A DNA stretch of 63,962 nt, the filler included, from Trypethelium eluteriae (lineage: Eukaryota): NCBI GenBank assembly GCA_051942245.1. It is 4 parts of 4 records of this genome, joined end to end, with 100 filler letters (N's around TTAATTAATTAA, not from the genome) between each part and the next. Parts side by side here need not be neighbours in the genome. Positions count along the whole stretch, not along the records: positions 48,385 to 63,962 come from JAVECL010000645.1; 3 more parts are not named here. One strand, 5' to 3'. The position numbers and the translations under genes were made by a program. This document shows positions 51,301-63,962 of this stretch, piece by piece. The stretch's first letter is position 1. Each line of letters opens with the position of its first letter. The notes under the pieces are model-generated. The model searched no databases and was not told the origin of the DNA. It was given only the letters and a program-made list of their open reading frames with translations.

Positions 51301-53161
51301 TGGCTAGCTCCTGCGCCATTGATCTTAGGTTGCGGTGCTTGACCTGGAGGTGGTGGTCCTGGAGGGCCCTGCGTATTTGATGCCCTCGGCAACCGCGAAC
51401 CCCCATTTAAAGAACCAGCAGCGTTGCCTACCGCCTGGTCCTGAAGACGTTGAGCCGGAGGCTGGACAGCTGGTGCAGGCTCTCTTGTCATCCTCCTCTG
51501 CGTTTCTTCTGATGCATCGCGAGGCACAGGTCGCACTGAACCTATAGCACCACGGTTCGTCTGTTCGGCACTGGGCCTTCGATTACCTTGTACCCGCTCC
51601 CCAGACGGAGTCTGCTGAATCTGTTGGTCGTTTGGATATCTTATCTTGCCAGTATCCAGAATGAAGGCAAGGCTGAGCTCGACGGGGTCCCGTGGAGCGG
51701 AACTAGGTTCCCCAGCAAGCACAATGATCTGCTTGCCAAACGCGGTCATGCTGTGACCCGATCGTGGCGATGGAGACGATCCCATATTCTGAAAGGTATA
51801 CCAGCGACGAGTGGAAATTCGGAAGGCAGCTAGGTCACCGAGGTCGTTTCCCTCCTCCGTGCGACCACCAAAGATGTACATTACATCTTGTACCAGAGCA
51901 GCAGCATGCCCTTCACGAGCTGCGGGAATGTACCCGATACATTCTTGCTGTGTCCAAGAATTCGACCTTGGATCGTAGGACCACACGTCATTAAACCAGT
52001 TGATGCCGTCTGTTCCACCAAAACTTGATGGTTGGTTAGCGCGAGCTATTTCCCAAGGTGCAGATGGGCTTACAGATATAATTTGTCATTCCAAGTGACC
52101 ATAGTGTGATTGGTGCGTGCAGCTGGAGAAACGCCTTCCGGCGGGCCACCCTCGGCAGTATTTGATATCAAAACTTCCCAACGGTTGTTTGGATTTTGTA
52201 GATTGTTCAAGTCGAAAGCAACGAGATCGTTGTAGAATATACCTTCTACCTGGCCACCGAAGATGTATATTCTAGAACCCAGAATGTTAAGGGTATGTCC
52301 GTAACGGCCAGGAGGTCTTGTTCCCGCCGGCAGGGCTCGTGACCATTGTTTTGTAGCTGTGACGCATGAGTATCCTGTCAGCAATGGGCCTTGAATGACT
52401 TACAGGTGTTCAACAGATACAGGGTGTCATCCAACTGGTCTCCATCATCAAGTTTGGTATCGCCGCCAAAAACAATAAATGCATTCCCGACAAGCAGACT
52501 TGCATGGCCAACCCTGGGCCCTGGACCTTCTGAGGTTGTCTGGATAGGATAACACGACATGGATGCAGAGGCAGCTTCGACCATCCACAAATCACCCTTG
52601 ACTGTTGATCCATTGATCAAGCCACCCATGAGGAAGATGCTGCCATCTTTAGACGCATGAGCATTGGCGGCAGCGCCATAACGAGGAAAGGGGTTTTGGA
52701 GGTTGTTGGTGAAATTAAGGCGCGATTGAGACCATGGGTAGGGTGATTGATCTGATGGAAAACGTGTTGTAGGAGCAATGCTGCGATTAGGAGGCTGCAC
52801 GACAAGATTAGTTACACATTTCGACATCACAAAAACTAGACAAGGCACAGTATGCAAGACCACAACGGTTGCGCAAAGTGGAGTGGAATCCTAAACTTAC
52901 ATGCGGCTCCGAATCGGCTCGTTCTCGCTGGAGTGTCTTCGATTCTGGGCTTGGGGTGTTTGCATTGCCTCCAACTGAGTTTAATGAATTGTTCACGCTG
53001 CTACCTGGCGTCGGGGTATATTGCATCCGGCTCTTGTCGCCTCCGGAAAAGCCATTCGCAACTGGTATCTGCGAGCCTGGTCCATCTGAAGAGGTGATAT
53101 TACGAGTAGCGGGGGGTAGGGCTGGATTTTGATTTTTCTTGGATTTGAAAAGGAACGCCAT
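48385..53161 (-). CDS. tea1: Kelch-repeat cell-end marker Tea1/TeaA/Kel1, C-terminus truncated by gap
   Basis: MAFLFKSKK start; kelch repeats (FPRYGAA, GPRVGHAS, PGRYGHTL, AAREGHAA, SPRSGHSM); long coiled coil; SMALDSLASELDALRSHWET. Three introns. Confidence 0.92.
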
Positions 53162-54871
53162 AGCGACTCCGGCCGCTCAGGCGGGTCGCAGCACTCGACG
53201 GGTCAGAATGAATGGAATAGCCAAGTACATGGATCCAAGAGAAGCCGGCTCGTGGTGGAGGGTCTAGAAAGTCGCAACCGCAGTCGCCAGTTGGAGGGGC
53301 AATTGTCGTTGCGCTGACGCACCGGGCTAAAGTACGAAGCGTCGCAGGTGCGGCAGAGCAGTTTCGAAACGGGAGAGCGGGAGTGGGACAACGAGCGACG
53401 CGGTGTCGAGCGCAAGACAGACTCCAGTCAGGGCAGCGTTGAGCAGTGGAAAGAATTGCAGATCGATGGAGTATGGGAGAAGCGGATGAGAAGCGTGGAG
53501 GACAAACAAGTAGGGGATCGTGGAGTAAAAGGTGTGGTGGTGCACAGGTACGGAGTACCTAACCTTGAGCCAGCCGCTAGTTATCCAAGGTTAAGGAGCG
53601 ATTGGATCACTGGAGCACCCCAATGTCCATCCCCATCCCCCAATTATTTTATTTTTGCCAACCAGCCCAGCCGCTGGAACATCTAAAACTAGCGACCACA
53701 ACATTTTCCAGCTGGCAAAAATTCAGGTACGGATTTCTATGTTTACATCATCTGAAATCGACTCTGCAGATACAGCCTCGAGATGCATCTGCTGTTCCGC
53801 ATCACGGCCTCTTCAGATTCCGTTGCCACTTTTGCGCCGTTCAGCTCGAGGCAGTACTAAGGCTTCATTGTCCTCCGAACCTGTTTTCGGTTGGACTCAT
53901 CCACCTCCTGCACCCTTCCCGCTCCCCTCTCCTTTCCGTTATCCTTTGTGCTATGTAGAAATTCATACTTCTGACGGCTGCAATTCACCTCGCATCCAGC
54001 CCGACCTTCATGCAAGATCCCTGACCATGATCGACGGACTAGCTTGGATGGGATCTGCGCCAACCGCATCGTTCACACAGATGCCGACCTGGCGCAAAAA
54101 AGAGGTGCAGAGCGGTGTTAGAGAGCTTATGGGATGAACAATGGCTATCGTTCCGGCCGTTTCGGCGGTGCGGCAGCATCATGAAACAATCTCCTACCGT
54201 CGAACGCGTTCGGCTGTAGCCGAGGCCTGGCTGCAGAATGAAGGAGGATATCTGAAGGATCGACCGCACATGCACGTGCTCCTCAGCCACACCCAACACA
54301 TCAGTAAAGGCATCCACTCCCTTTGGCTGCGAACATGGATTCCAGCACGTTAGCTTTGGAAGTACGGAGTACATAGATGTTTTGACGACAAGCTTCGGAC
54401 CGTTATGAGTGAGTACAATAATAATTGATTTTAAGGAAACTCCCGGAGATAGACAATTATGTTAGATCGGTATAGGTACTTCGTAGACAGGCTGAACATC
54501 TCGCGGCAAATGCCGTCATAGTCCTCTCACTCGCGCTGCGCTCAATACGGAGGACTGTACCATTAGGTAGTTGCCTGTCGCAGCCTTTCTCCTGCACCTC
54601 TAACTTTTGCGCATCTCATAAGCCGACTCCGTCATCTGGTCTTGCTATGTCGCCGTGGACACCGAAGAGGCCCGTCTTTGCGTCGGCGCGTCTTTGCAGA
54701 TCCAGTAGTCTATCCTGACTGCTATCTCACGTTGCTTTCCAGAAGCTCGCCCAACGTCTCGATCGCGCGCAACGTTGCGACCCGCGTTGAGATCTCGACA
54801 AGCTTTCCATAGAAAGCCTCGGTCAATGGATTAGAGCTTGCCATCCCATTTCGTTCGACTCAATCTCCACC

Positions 54872-57800
54872 ATGCAGACAAACGGGGCGCGGCGAGTTGG
54901 TACACATCATGGGCCTGAAGAGGCAGTGAGACGGTCACCCTCGCCACGGCCAAACTCAGCGCCTCGACCAAAGCTCTCCCTGGAGATGCGCCCTACAGGA
55001 GACGCTTCCTCACCGAGCTCTCTAGCAAATGGTGCACTGCGCCAGAAGCGAAGACCGCCACCGTTGCAACGAGCCAAGAGCGATTTCGGACCCCATCGAG
55101 GCTCCAGAAGTGGCAGCGACGATGAAACACAAGAGGGTGATGATGAATTCAAGATGCGCCATGGGTGGGAGTCACAGTTCAATTCCGATGAGTACCTGAC
55201 TTTCTTAACCCAGGTAGGTATCCATCATGTCAGTCCTCATTAGTGAGGTGCTACTGCTCACCAACTCTACAAGAATTTCTATATGTACTTCACCGACAAG
55301 CGACATGAGACGGGCGGAATTCCCAAAGACCCAAATGCCTCCACCCGAGTCCACGATTGGCGCATGAAGGACAGGTTAAAAACGGTTTCGGCAGCTCTGG
55401 AGCTCTGTCTTAATATTGGTGTGGATCCGCCCGATGTTATAAAAACAAACCCATGTGCAAGGCTTGAGTGCTGGGTAGATCCAACAAGTCCCAATGCAGG
55501 GCCCGGCCACAGTCCGATCAATCAGATCGGTAAAAACCTACAGACTCAGTACGAGCAGCTCAGTATGCGCACGCGGTATAAGGTTCTGGCAGATCCTACC
55601 GTCGATGATACGAAGAAATACTGCTGTACCTTGCGTAAAAGTGCCAAAGATGAGAGGATACTATTTCACTACAATGGACATGGCGTTCCCAAACCAACAC
55701 CATCCGGAGAAATCTGGGTATTTAACAGAAACTACACGCAGTATATACCCATCTCACTTTTCGATCTGCAGGCATGGCTCGGAGCTCCGAGCTTGTTTGT
55801 CTACGACTGCTCCGATGCTGGGCTTATAATTGAGAATTTCAATAAATTTGTTGAAAAGCATGAACTCGAGAATGCTGATCACAGGCGAAAGGACCCTGAG
55901 GCCCCCTCCCAAAATTATGCAGACTGTATACATCTAGCTGCATGTCGACGGAAAGAGACTCTACCTACAAACCCTGATCTCCCTGCTGATGTTTTCACCT
56001 CATGCCTTACCACGCCTATCGAAATGGCCGTTCGATTCTTTATCCTCCAGAATCGCCTTCCCAGCGCCATCACTTTGTCTGATGCACAAAACATTCCGGG
56101 GAGAGTCTCAGAGCGGCGAACACCTATCGGAGAGCTGAATTGGATCTTCACTGCGATTACAGATACCATAGCTTGGAATACGCTCTCGAAACCCCTCTTC
56201 AGGAAGCTGTTTCGGCAGGATCTCATGGTGGCGGCCTTGTTCAGAAATTTTCTACTAGCACAGCGAGTGATGCGTGTCTACCATTGCCATCCTCAGTGTT
56301 ATCCCGAGATACCTTCGACTCATGATCACCCTCTCTGGCAAAGTTGGGACTTGGCTGTTGAGATGATACTACAGCAACTGCCAGACTTGATTGCCAATGA
56401 GAAGCGCGAAATAGAGTACGAGTACAAACACTCATCCTTCTTTTCAGAGCAACTCACCGCCTTCGAAGTCTATCTCAGTCAAGGTGCGGCGGAGCACAAG
56501 GTTCCAGAGCAGCTGCCAATCGTGTTACAGGTTCTCTTGAGCCAAGTACATCGCTTGAGGGCTTTAGTCTTGCTAAGCAAGTTCCTCGACCTTGGTCCTT
56601 GGGCAGTCAATCTCGCACTCAGCATTGGCATCTTTCCCTATGTCTTGAAGCTTCTTCAATCCCAGGCGATTGAGCTGAAGCCTGTCATGGTCTTTATTTG
56701 GGCTCGGATTCTTGCCGTGGATCAAAGCTGCCAGTTGGACTTGTTAAAGGACAACGGCTATCAGTATTTCATCAGCATACTGAGCCCTCATACAGCATTG
56801 TCTGTCACGAATGGAGAACACCGAGCCATGTGTGCATTCATTGTTGCCATGTTCTGCAAAGATTATCAGCAAGGACAAGTTGTATCCTCAAGCCCAGAAC
56901 TTGTGGAGAGCCTCTTGTTTCATATGGGAGATGACGAGAATCCTCTGCTGAGACAGTGGTCCTGTCTATGTCTGAGCATGCTTTGGGTCAACTTTCCTGA
57001 AGCCAAATGGGTAGGTATCCGTGCGTTAGCCCATCAACGGCTCTGCGAAAGGGCCATAGACCCTGTTGCCGATGTAAGAGCAGCCATGCTTCATGCCCTT
57101 ACGACATTCATTGGCATTCCCGACTTGACAGACCAAGTTGCTCAGATTGAAGAGTTTATTGCGTCTTGGCTGCTAATTATGGCTGCGGACGGCAATACCA
57201 TGGTTCGCCGAGAACTTTTGGTCTTTTTCTCTGCATTCGTGAACAGGTATAAAGCCAGGTTCCTCGTCGCAGCGTACGAGCAAATGGTCGAAGAAGTAGA
57301 AGTGTTTTCTCGAGGCAAAGCCAAGGATTACCTTGACAGCAGCTCAGACTACAACACGAGACCATACAGCAGATCACTCGATGGTGATGCACCTGTCGAC
57401 CTTAGGCCGATCTCTCAGAACAGTGTTTATTCTGCCATCTGGAAGCAGATCCTGAACCTCTCCGCGGACCCACAGCCAGACATAGCTCAGAGTGGAAGCA
57501 TCATCGTCGACAACGTTATCTTTGCCCTTGTCGATTCTCCCCTTGGTGCCCAGGCTGAAGCAATTATGGAAGAATTGCAGCAAAGTCAATCACAGCCAAC
57601 AACAATGCAATTCAGCGCAGTGAACGGTACGGCATCTACATATTCCCAGCCAAACACGCGGCCATCAACTCCACCATCACCCTTAAAACAGGAGGGCTAT
57701 TGGTCATCAGGCCTCAAGCGCACGGCAAGCGTTGCCGCGTCTCTTCGGAACCTGGCCTTCGGTCCAACATCGACCCACAGCACTCCAGATAAATCTCAGT

Positions 57801-59226
57801 CACTGCGCGGACCTTTGCCTGATCGAACCGTCGCCCCACGGTCGCGGCTTCCCAGCGAATGGAGTCGACCACCTGACGAAAACGATCGCCACCCAGTCCT
57901 CTCATACCAACCAGCCAAATTTCCTTCACCATCACACTTCAAGCCGAGAGACCAGACAGCACATCCCGAGATACCACTCAAAAGTACCTTCTACGAATGG
58001 TCTGTGGAGTACTTTCGTGAACCACAGATGAAAGGAAGCGAGGCGGACGAACCGGGAAGCGTAGACTACAACCAGCGTCTATGGCGGAGGAATCGAAACG
58101 ATCGAATCATCGCCGAGACGCAGCCACTTAAGGAACAAGCTGGCACGAGTCGATGGAACAACTCGTGTGGATTTTTCAGCAACGGAACCCAGCCAACAAA
58201 GATGTACTTTCATCAGTTCGAGGATCATCTGATCGTGACCGATGATAGGGATAGCGTATGGTGGGTCTCTTGCACAGAATCTCAGTAGTCTTCCCTTCCC
58301 AGCTAATAATTTTGTGTAGTGTGTGGGACTGGCTGCATGAACGTCGATTGAACCGTTTCTCCAACGGAAATCCGAAATCCTCCAAAATTACCGATGTTCG
58401 GCTAATCAACGAGGACGACCAAGCCCTGCTCATGACCGGCTCCTCCGACGGAGTAATCAAAGTCTTCCGTGATTATGAATCCCAGAAGAAAGTCGAACTT
58501 GTGTCGGCATTCCGAGCATTGACGGATCTGGTTCCAAGTAACAGAAATGCTGGTCTAGTCTTTGATTGGCAACAAGGCCGTGGCTCAATGCTAGTCGCCG
58601 GTGATGTAAAAGTCATCCGGATTTGGAATGCAGGAACAGAGATCTGCACAAACGACATACCGGCACGCTCCGGATCGTGCGTGACCTCTCTTGCTGTGGA
58701 CCAACTCGAAGGCGACGTCTTCATTGCGGGATTTGGAGATGGTGCTGTTCGAGTCTACGATCAGCGGTGTCGTCCCGCCGAAGCCATGGTCAAAGTGTGG
58801 AAAGAACACCGACAATGGGTCACCAATGTACATCTACAACGAGGTGGCGTGCGGGAGCTCGTCAGCGGGTGTAGGAGTGGGGAGGTCAAGCTTTGGGACA
58901 TCCGGAATGACAAGAGCATTCGCACCGTGAAGGCTACGTCAGGTACGCAAAGAACGTTAAGTGTACACGAGCATGCCCCCGTTTTTGCTACCGGATCGGA
59001 TCATCATACTGTTAACGTCTACAACACGACTTCTGGAGAGCCACTTTCGACGTGCCAGCCACATTCGTCTTTCTTACAACAGCATCGCGGTGCACCGATT
59101 GCGGCAACGACGTTCCATCCTCACCGGATGATGCTTGCTTGCTCCGCAGTCAATGATTCTCATGTCAATCTTTTTCGCTGCAATACCAAGAAAGATCTTA
59201 GTGAAGAGACGGTAGTTGCCATTTGA
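54872..59226 (+). CDS. KOG1: TORC1 subunit Raptor/Kog1/Mip1
   Basis: RNC domain DWRMKDRLKTVSAAL-LCLNIGVDPPD and LFHYNGHGVPKPT; HEAT region VLLSQVHRLRAL; C-terminal WD40. Two introns. Confidence 0.97.
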
Positions 59227-60723
59227 ACATAAATATTAGCGTGCTCAACATATGCATGGAAAGGAGGCCACGGCCTGAGAGGATGACCTTGGGAAGCTGT
59301 GCAGGAGGTACTTTGGCTTGTCGCTTTTCTAGTCCGTCAGCATTGTGCAGCTATTAATTGCATTTGTTAGGTGTGTCGGGTTAGCATTTAGCCGGATCGC
59401 ATTGGGTTCATATAGTGTATTTTGTGCATAGTCCCTCCTGGAGTTGGCAACAAATGAGTGGGGATCGCAAGACTCTGTAATAAGGATGAAAGCCGTAGCT
59501 ACAGACATGTTGCATGACAATAAGGAATTTATGTGAGCCCGAAAGTCCCGAAGGGGTCCAATCGAAGGGCCATTCAAAGTGGAACAGCTCAGCCCTGTTA
59601 CCAGTTGATGCATGTCTTGGCGTTCCAGCCCTTTGGGGTTTGACAAATGCGCATAGTGCTCAGTGGAGCGAGTAGCATCAGTTGACACGGTTGGGCCGAC
59701 CTGCGCGACGTGTCGGCCTCCATGGCAAACAACGCTGCAAAGGAACGTCAAGCTTCTTCCATCAACGGGTGCAGGGAGGGAGATGCAGGAGGGGAATCAG
59801 GGGCCAGAGCGTGGAGCAGCGAAGACCAGCGAAGGCCAACAATGACGACGGAGGCGTGGCCAATCAATTCCAAGGCGGTTTGAGGCGGTCAGCGAGAGAG
59901 CATAGCGTGAGAGGAGTAGAGGAGTATCTCTCGGACAAGCCAGACGCGATGATCGGTACCTCCGTAAAACGCCAAAGCCAAAGAAGCCAAAGATAGCACC
60001 TGATAGCAGTAGGCGTGCGCTTAAAGGGACGGTCATCTTGTAAAATTGCCGCCATCGCGGTTCTTGACTTTCTTTACGCCCAACAGCTTCCGCATCGGGA
60101 TTGGGCTGCAACAAGCTGGGAGAAGCACTTTGACACGCCACACCAGCTGTGCTCTGTCCTGCTTTCCCACCACACACGCCCTTTGCAATTCCCTTCCCCA
60201 CTTCATCGTCCCCTTCTCACCCCGTCCAGCTTCGTGACGGTACTCCTCCCGCTGAAGTTTGACACCTCCTGCACCTCCTGGTTGTCGGGACGGCGTTCTG
60301 CTCCATCCACGCCTCACCGGATTCCCGCGGTCGGCAGTTCGACACGTCCGGCCCTGGCTGCATCCTTCAGCCTACAACACCCACGCTTCCACACTTGCTC
60401 ACTTGTGAGGCTTGGTGCGTGACCTTCCGAGCGACTACATCACAAACAACTCATCACGAGCATTCCTGTCATCACGCCATTCACTTTGCTGCCCTTCAAA
60501 CCCCTCGATCCTGTTTTCCTGGCCTCGGCCTTGTTACACCGCCTCCCTTTGTCAAAGCAACGACCACCTCTAACCTCAGCCTGACGTGCAGATTCCTCGC
60601 TTCTACCACCACACTTTCCCCGTCTCCTCGCTGCATGCATAGCGGGCCTTCAATCAAAACCAGTCAACCCAATAATAACAACCTCAGAATATCTTAAGCC
60701 GTGTTGACGGACACGAAATCAGA

Positions 60724-62100
60724 ATGGCAACAATGGTATGCGTGCATCTGGCGGTCTCGGTCGCTGCCCCTCAGTCCTCCTTCCTCATGCTGACTCTGGC
60801 AACAGGATCTACGCGTTGGTAATAAATACCGAATCGGTCGCAAGATCGGAAGTGGTAGCTTTGGTGATATCTATCTTGGTACGGAGTGCTACTTTATACT
60901 GCTAACGTCCTTACGGCAAGTTGCTAATGGGTTTTCACAGGCACCAACATTATCTCTGGTGAAGAAATCGCCATCAAACTCGAGAGCGTCAAGGCTAAGC
61001 ACCCTCAACTCGAATATGAAGCCCGTGTCTACAAGTCTCTCGCCGGTGGTGTTGGTATTCCCTTCGTCCGCTGGTTTGGCACCGAGTGCGATTACAATGC
61101 CATGGTCTTGGATTTGCTTGGACCCAGTCTCGAGGATTTGTTCAACTTCTGCAACCGAAAATTCTCCTTGAAGACGGTTCTCCTCCTCGCCGATCAGCTC
61201 ATCTCTCGCATCGAGTATATCCACGCCAAGTCCTTCATTCACCGTGACATCAAGCCGGACAACTTCCTTATGGGTATCGGAAAGCGTGGGAATCAAGTGA
61301 ATGTTATCGACTTTGGTCTCGCTAAGAAATACCGGGACCCGAAGACGCACTTCCATATTCCTTACCGTGAGAACAAGAATTTGACGGGTACAGCTCGTTA
61401 TGCGAGTATCAACACACACTTGGGTGTCGAGCAGTCTCGTCGTGATGACATGGAATCTCTCGGATACGTCATGCTTTATTTCTGCCGCGGCTCCTTGCCC
61501 TGGCAAGGGCTTAAGGCCGCCACCAAGAAGCAGAAATACGATCGAATCATGGAGAAGAAGATGACTACCCCTACTGAGGTCCTTTGTCGTGGGTTTCCAA
61601 ACGAGTTTGCTATCTACTTGAACTACACCCGATCTCTTAGGTTCGACGACAAGCCGGACTACTCTTACCTTCGCAAGATCTTCCGTGACCTCTTCGTCCG
61701 TGAGGGCTTCCAGTACGACTATGTCTTTGATTGGACCGTCTACAAGTACCAGAAGAACGCCCAGGCAATCGCCCAAGCTGCCGGTAACCAGGCCAACGCC
61801 GACGATTCGGATGACAAGGCTGGCCGCACTCGTCATGCTGCTGCCGGTGGCAATGGCCCAAACGGAGGCACCGTCAACGATAAGCGCCGTGGACCCGTCA
61901 ATGCGCGCCAAGAAGGCACCGGAATGTGAGTTCTTATGACGTCCGATGTTTTTGTAAGCCCTCCTCTCCTCTGCGTTTAGTGTGCAAACGACGCTCGGCG
62001 CGGGGGATACACGGACCAGGTGTGCTAATCTGTCTGCGTCTGACCTAGGCAACTGCGTTCCTCGAAGCGTGGAGGTGAATACGGAAATTCTAGCTACTGA
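60724..62100 (+). CDS. HRR25: Casein kinase I (Hrr25/Hhp1/CK-1a)
   Basis: [71 protein letters not shown]. Last intron 61926-62048 gives ...[18 protein letters not shown]. Confidence 0.96.
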
Positions 62101-63220
62101 TCGAACGTTCATCACTGCAGCCGGCCATTGACTTTATTGATATTAGAGTGACTTTTGACGATCAGCGTATCATGTCTGCAATGGGCTGCTGCAGCTTTCT
62201 TTTTCAACAACACGTGGGAAACGCGGCTTTGCCGTTCAAAGTTGTCCAGAATGAACGGCGAAAGCCCCCCTTACGTCTTCTCCACTTCTTTCCAATGTTT
62301 TCAAGATTCATCTCTAGCGGCTCTCGGAATCGGAATGTCTCGGAATGATTTCGCGATGTCAACATGAATGGCTCGGGATCTTAGGACCCGGCTGGTCAGG
62401 AATCTCTCTTCGGATCATCTCCCTGACGTACACGATGAGTCACAAGGCTGCCTTCACCGCTCTAAACACTATGCTTCATACACCATTTGCGGGACACCGA
62501 GCATGCTGGTTTGGCTCCTGCCGAAATAGGTTTCTTTGCAGCACAGGAATGGCTCCAGGCTTGAGAGATGGATGAAGACCTCCGATGGACTTTCAAATTG
62601 CATGGCATTACCCCCCTCCCCTTCAAGCATACACTAATAATGATACTTTCCCCTCATCCATGTTTCACTTCCGGTTTCCTTGCTGTTGTGGGTTTGAGTA
62701 TACTAGTGGACATGTTAGGGCCGCGTCTGGGGAGGCTTCTACGGAAGAAAACGGGGACGGAAGATACTTTCTCAAACTGTATTCTCGCTGCGGAGAGCAA
62801 CTAAGTCGGGCACAGAAGCGAAGCAGATGAGGGAAGGAGAAGCACGTGTGTTAGAAGGAAATGAGATTCTGAGGTATCAGAATGGGTCATCCCCCATTCG
62901 AAGGCTCTGTTGGATCCGGCTTAGTTCACTCCGTAGTAGCTCAAATTGAAATCAAATGAATTGCTCCGGCTTTCCCAATATAGTAATTCAAGCAACAGAT
63001 CCCTTAGGCTCTGGGATTTTAACGACTCAAACTTACGGTTAAAAGTTACACGATTCTGATGCTTTAGCGGTTTAGTATTTGGTACCCGACTGAACTCCGG
63101 CCGATTCTTGGTGAACCTCCGGGAGCTTCTAATGCTTGTCTTTTGACTGAAAATAAAATTCCACCCAACGATCCCAGCAGCTTCCTCAACATTCCCCAGT
63201 ATAATCTTATACAAGAGGTG

Positions 63221-63962
63221 ATGCTTATCGCTGCACCTTCAAGCCAAACATGTCTATTGTATCAGCTTAGAGCGCTTGTCGCCTTTAGTCGCCACACCCG
63301 ACTCCGAACAACTACTTTCGGTTCTACATCGAGGGGACAGTTGCGACGAACTCTCGTCACAAGCCAAAGACGTCTCCAAACATCTACCAGTCATAGTTCC
63401 CGAAGTGACGAACAAGCTACGACTCTGAACGATGCGGCCGCCCTATCCAGTCGAACAGCAGATGCGGCCCAGGTAGCACCGCGATCGAATGCGCAGCTCG
63501 AAAAGGTTGTGAGACAGGCACGGCAAAGATATGGAGATAGTCTGCCAGAAGAGACATTAGATGAAGATGAGTACAAGGTGTACGAAAGACTCTATGGTCC
63601 GCCTCTGAAGGTTACTGTGCCAGCGGACGAGAGTGCTTCGCTTGATCTACAGGAAGAGTCCGATGGCGACGAAGAGATCCCGAATGTACTGTTGAAGGAA
63701 AGCAGTGATGGACAACTCGAAGAGGTGGAATTTGATAGCACTAGCTCGGAGAAGGAAACATACGAGTCAGATTGGCCGTCAAAACCGACAGGGCAGACAC
63801 CCGCAGACGAACCAGAAAACCCAAAGCCACAGCCCAAGGCACTCAAGACGCTCGAACACGACATGCAGACCGCCCTCTCCCAAGTCCAACCCGACGACGC
63901 CTCCATCCTCTCCCCCGACTCCGCCCTCGACCTCGACCCCGACCTCGACGACGACTCCTCCC
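63221..63962 (+). CDS. RSM22: Mitochondrial small ribosomal subunit protein/methyltransferase-like Rsm22, 5' part
   Basis: Arg/Ser-rich presequence-like N-terminus, then LEKVVRQARQRYGDSLPEETLDEDEYKVYERLYGPPL, which I recognise from filamentous-fungal Rsm22 N-termini. Open to the window end. Confidence 0.7.
   Translation, partial: MLIAAPSSQTCLLYQLRALVAFSRHTRLRTTTFGSTSRGQLRRTLVTSQRRLQTSTSHSSRSDEQATTLNDAAALSSRTADAAQVAPRSNAQLEKVVRQARQRYGDSLPEETLDEDEYKVYERLYGPPLKVTVPADESASLDLQEESDGDEEIPNVLLKESSDGQLEEVEFDSTSSEKETYESDWPSKPTGQTPADEPENPKPQPKALKTLEHDMQTALSQVQPDDASILSPDSALDLDPDLDDDSS

Noticed and set aside
48385..62100. Tea1, KOG1 and CK1 as a signalling gene cluster
   Set aside because: Unrelated housekeeping genes; adjacency is adequately explained by ordinary gene order, with no sequence evidence for a shared pathway.
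60889..62115. 408-aa antisense ORF over casein kinase I
   Set aside because: Shadow ORF arising from codon bias of a highly conserved sense gene; no recognisable motifs.

Overview
Gene-dense, intron-containing chromosomal segment from a filamentous ascomycete (Pezizomycotina, probably Dothideomycetes). It consists of four contigs joined by artificial 100-nt N/TTAATTAATTAA spacers. About 21 protein-coding genes are supported. Most are housekeeping: sphingoid base kinase, COPI beta (SEC26), mago nashi, GID4/VID24, TRM8, VMA13, an MFS efflux pump, NAR1, a GMC/cholesterol-oxidase-hydrolase fusion, telomerase reverse transcriptase, a RhoGEF-BAR-SH3 protein, an RRM-like orphan, Tea1/Kel1, KOG1/Raptor, casein kinase I and RSM22. 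The best candidate for an undescribed system is a four-gene block at 16.5-26.6 kb. It pairs UDP-glucose 6-dehydrogenase head-to-head with a nucleotide-sugar transporter, flanked on both sides by paralogous type-II membrane glycosyltransferase-like proteins, one with intact and one with degenerate catalytic motifs. Other notable signals are repeated C-rich-to-G-rich skew switches independent of gene orientation, a recurrent TACGGAGTA intergenic motif, and a chained uORF or frameshift at the MFS start. I recognised no tRNA, rRNA, CRISPR array or transposon. All identifications come from reading motifs by eye, with no database searches.
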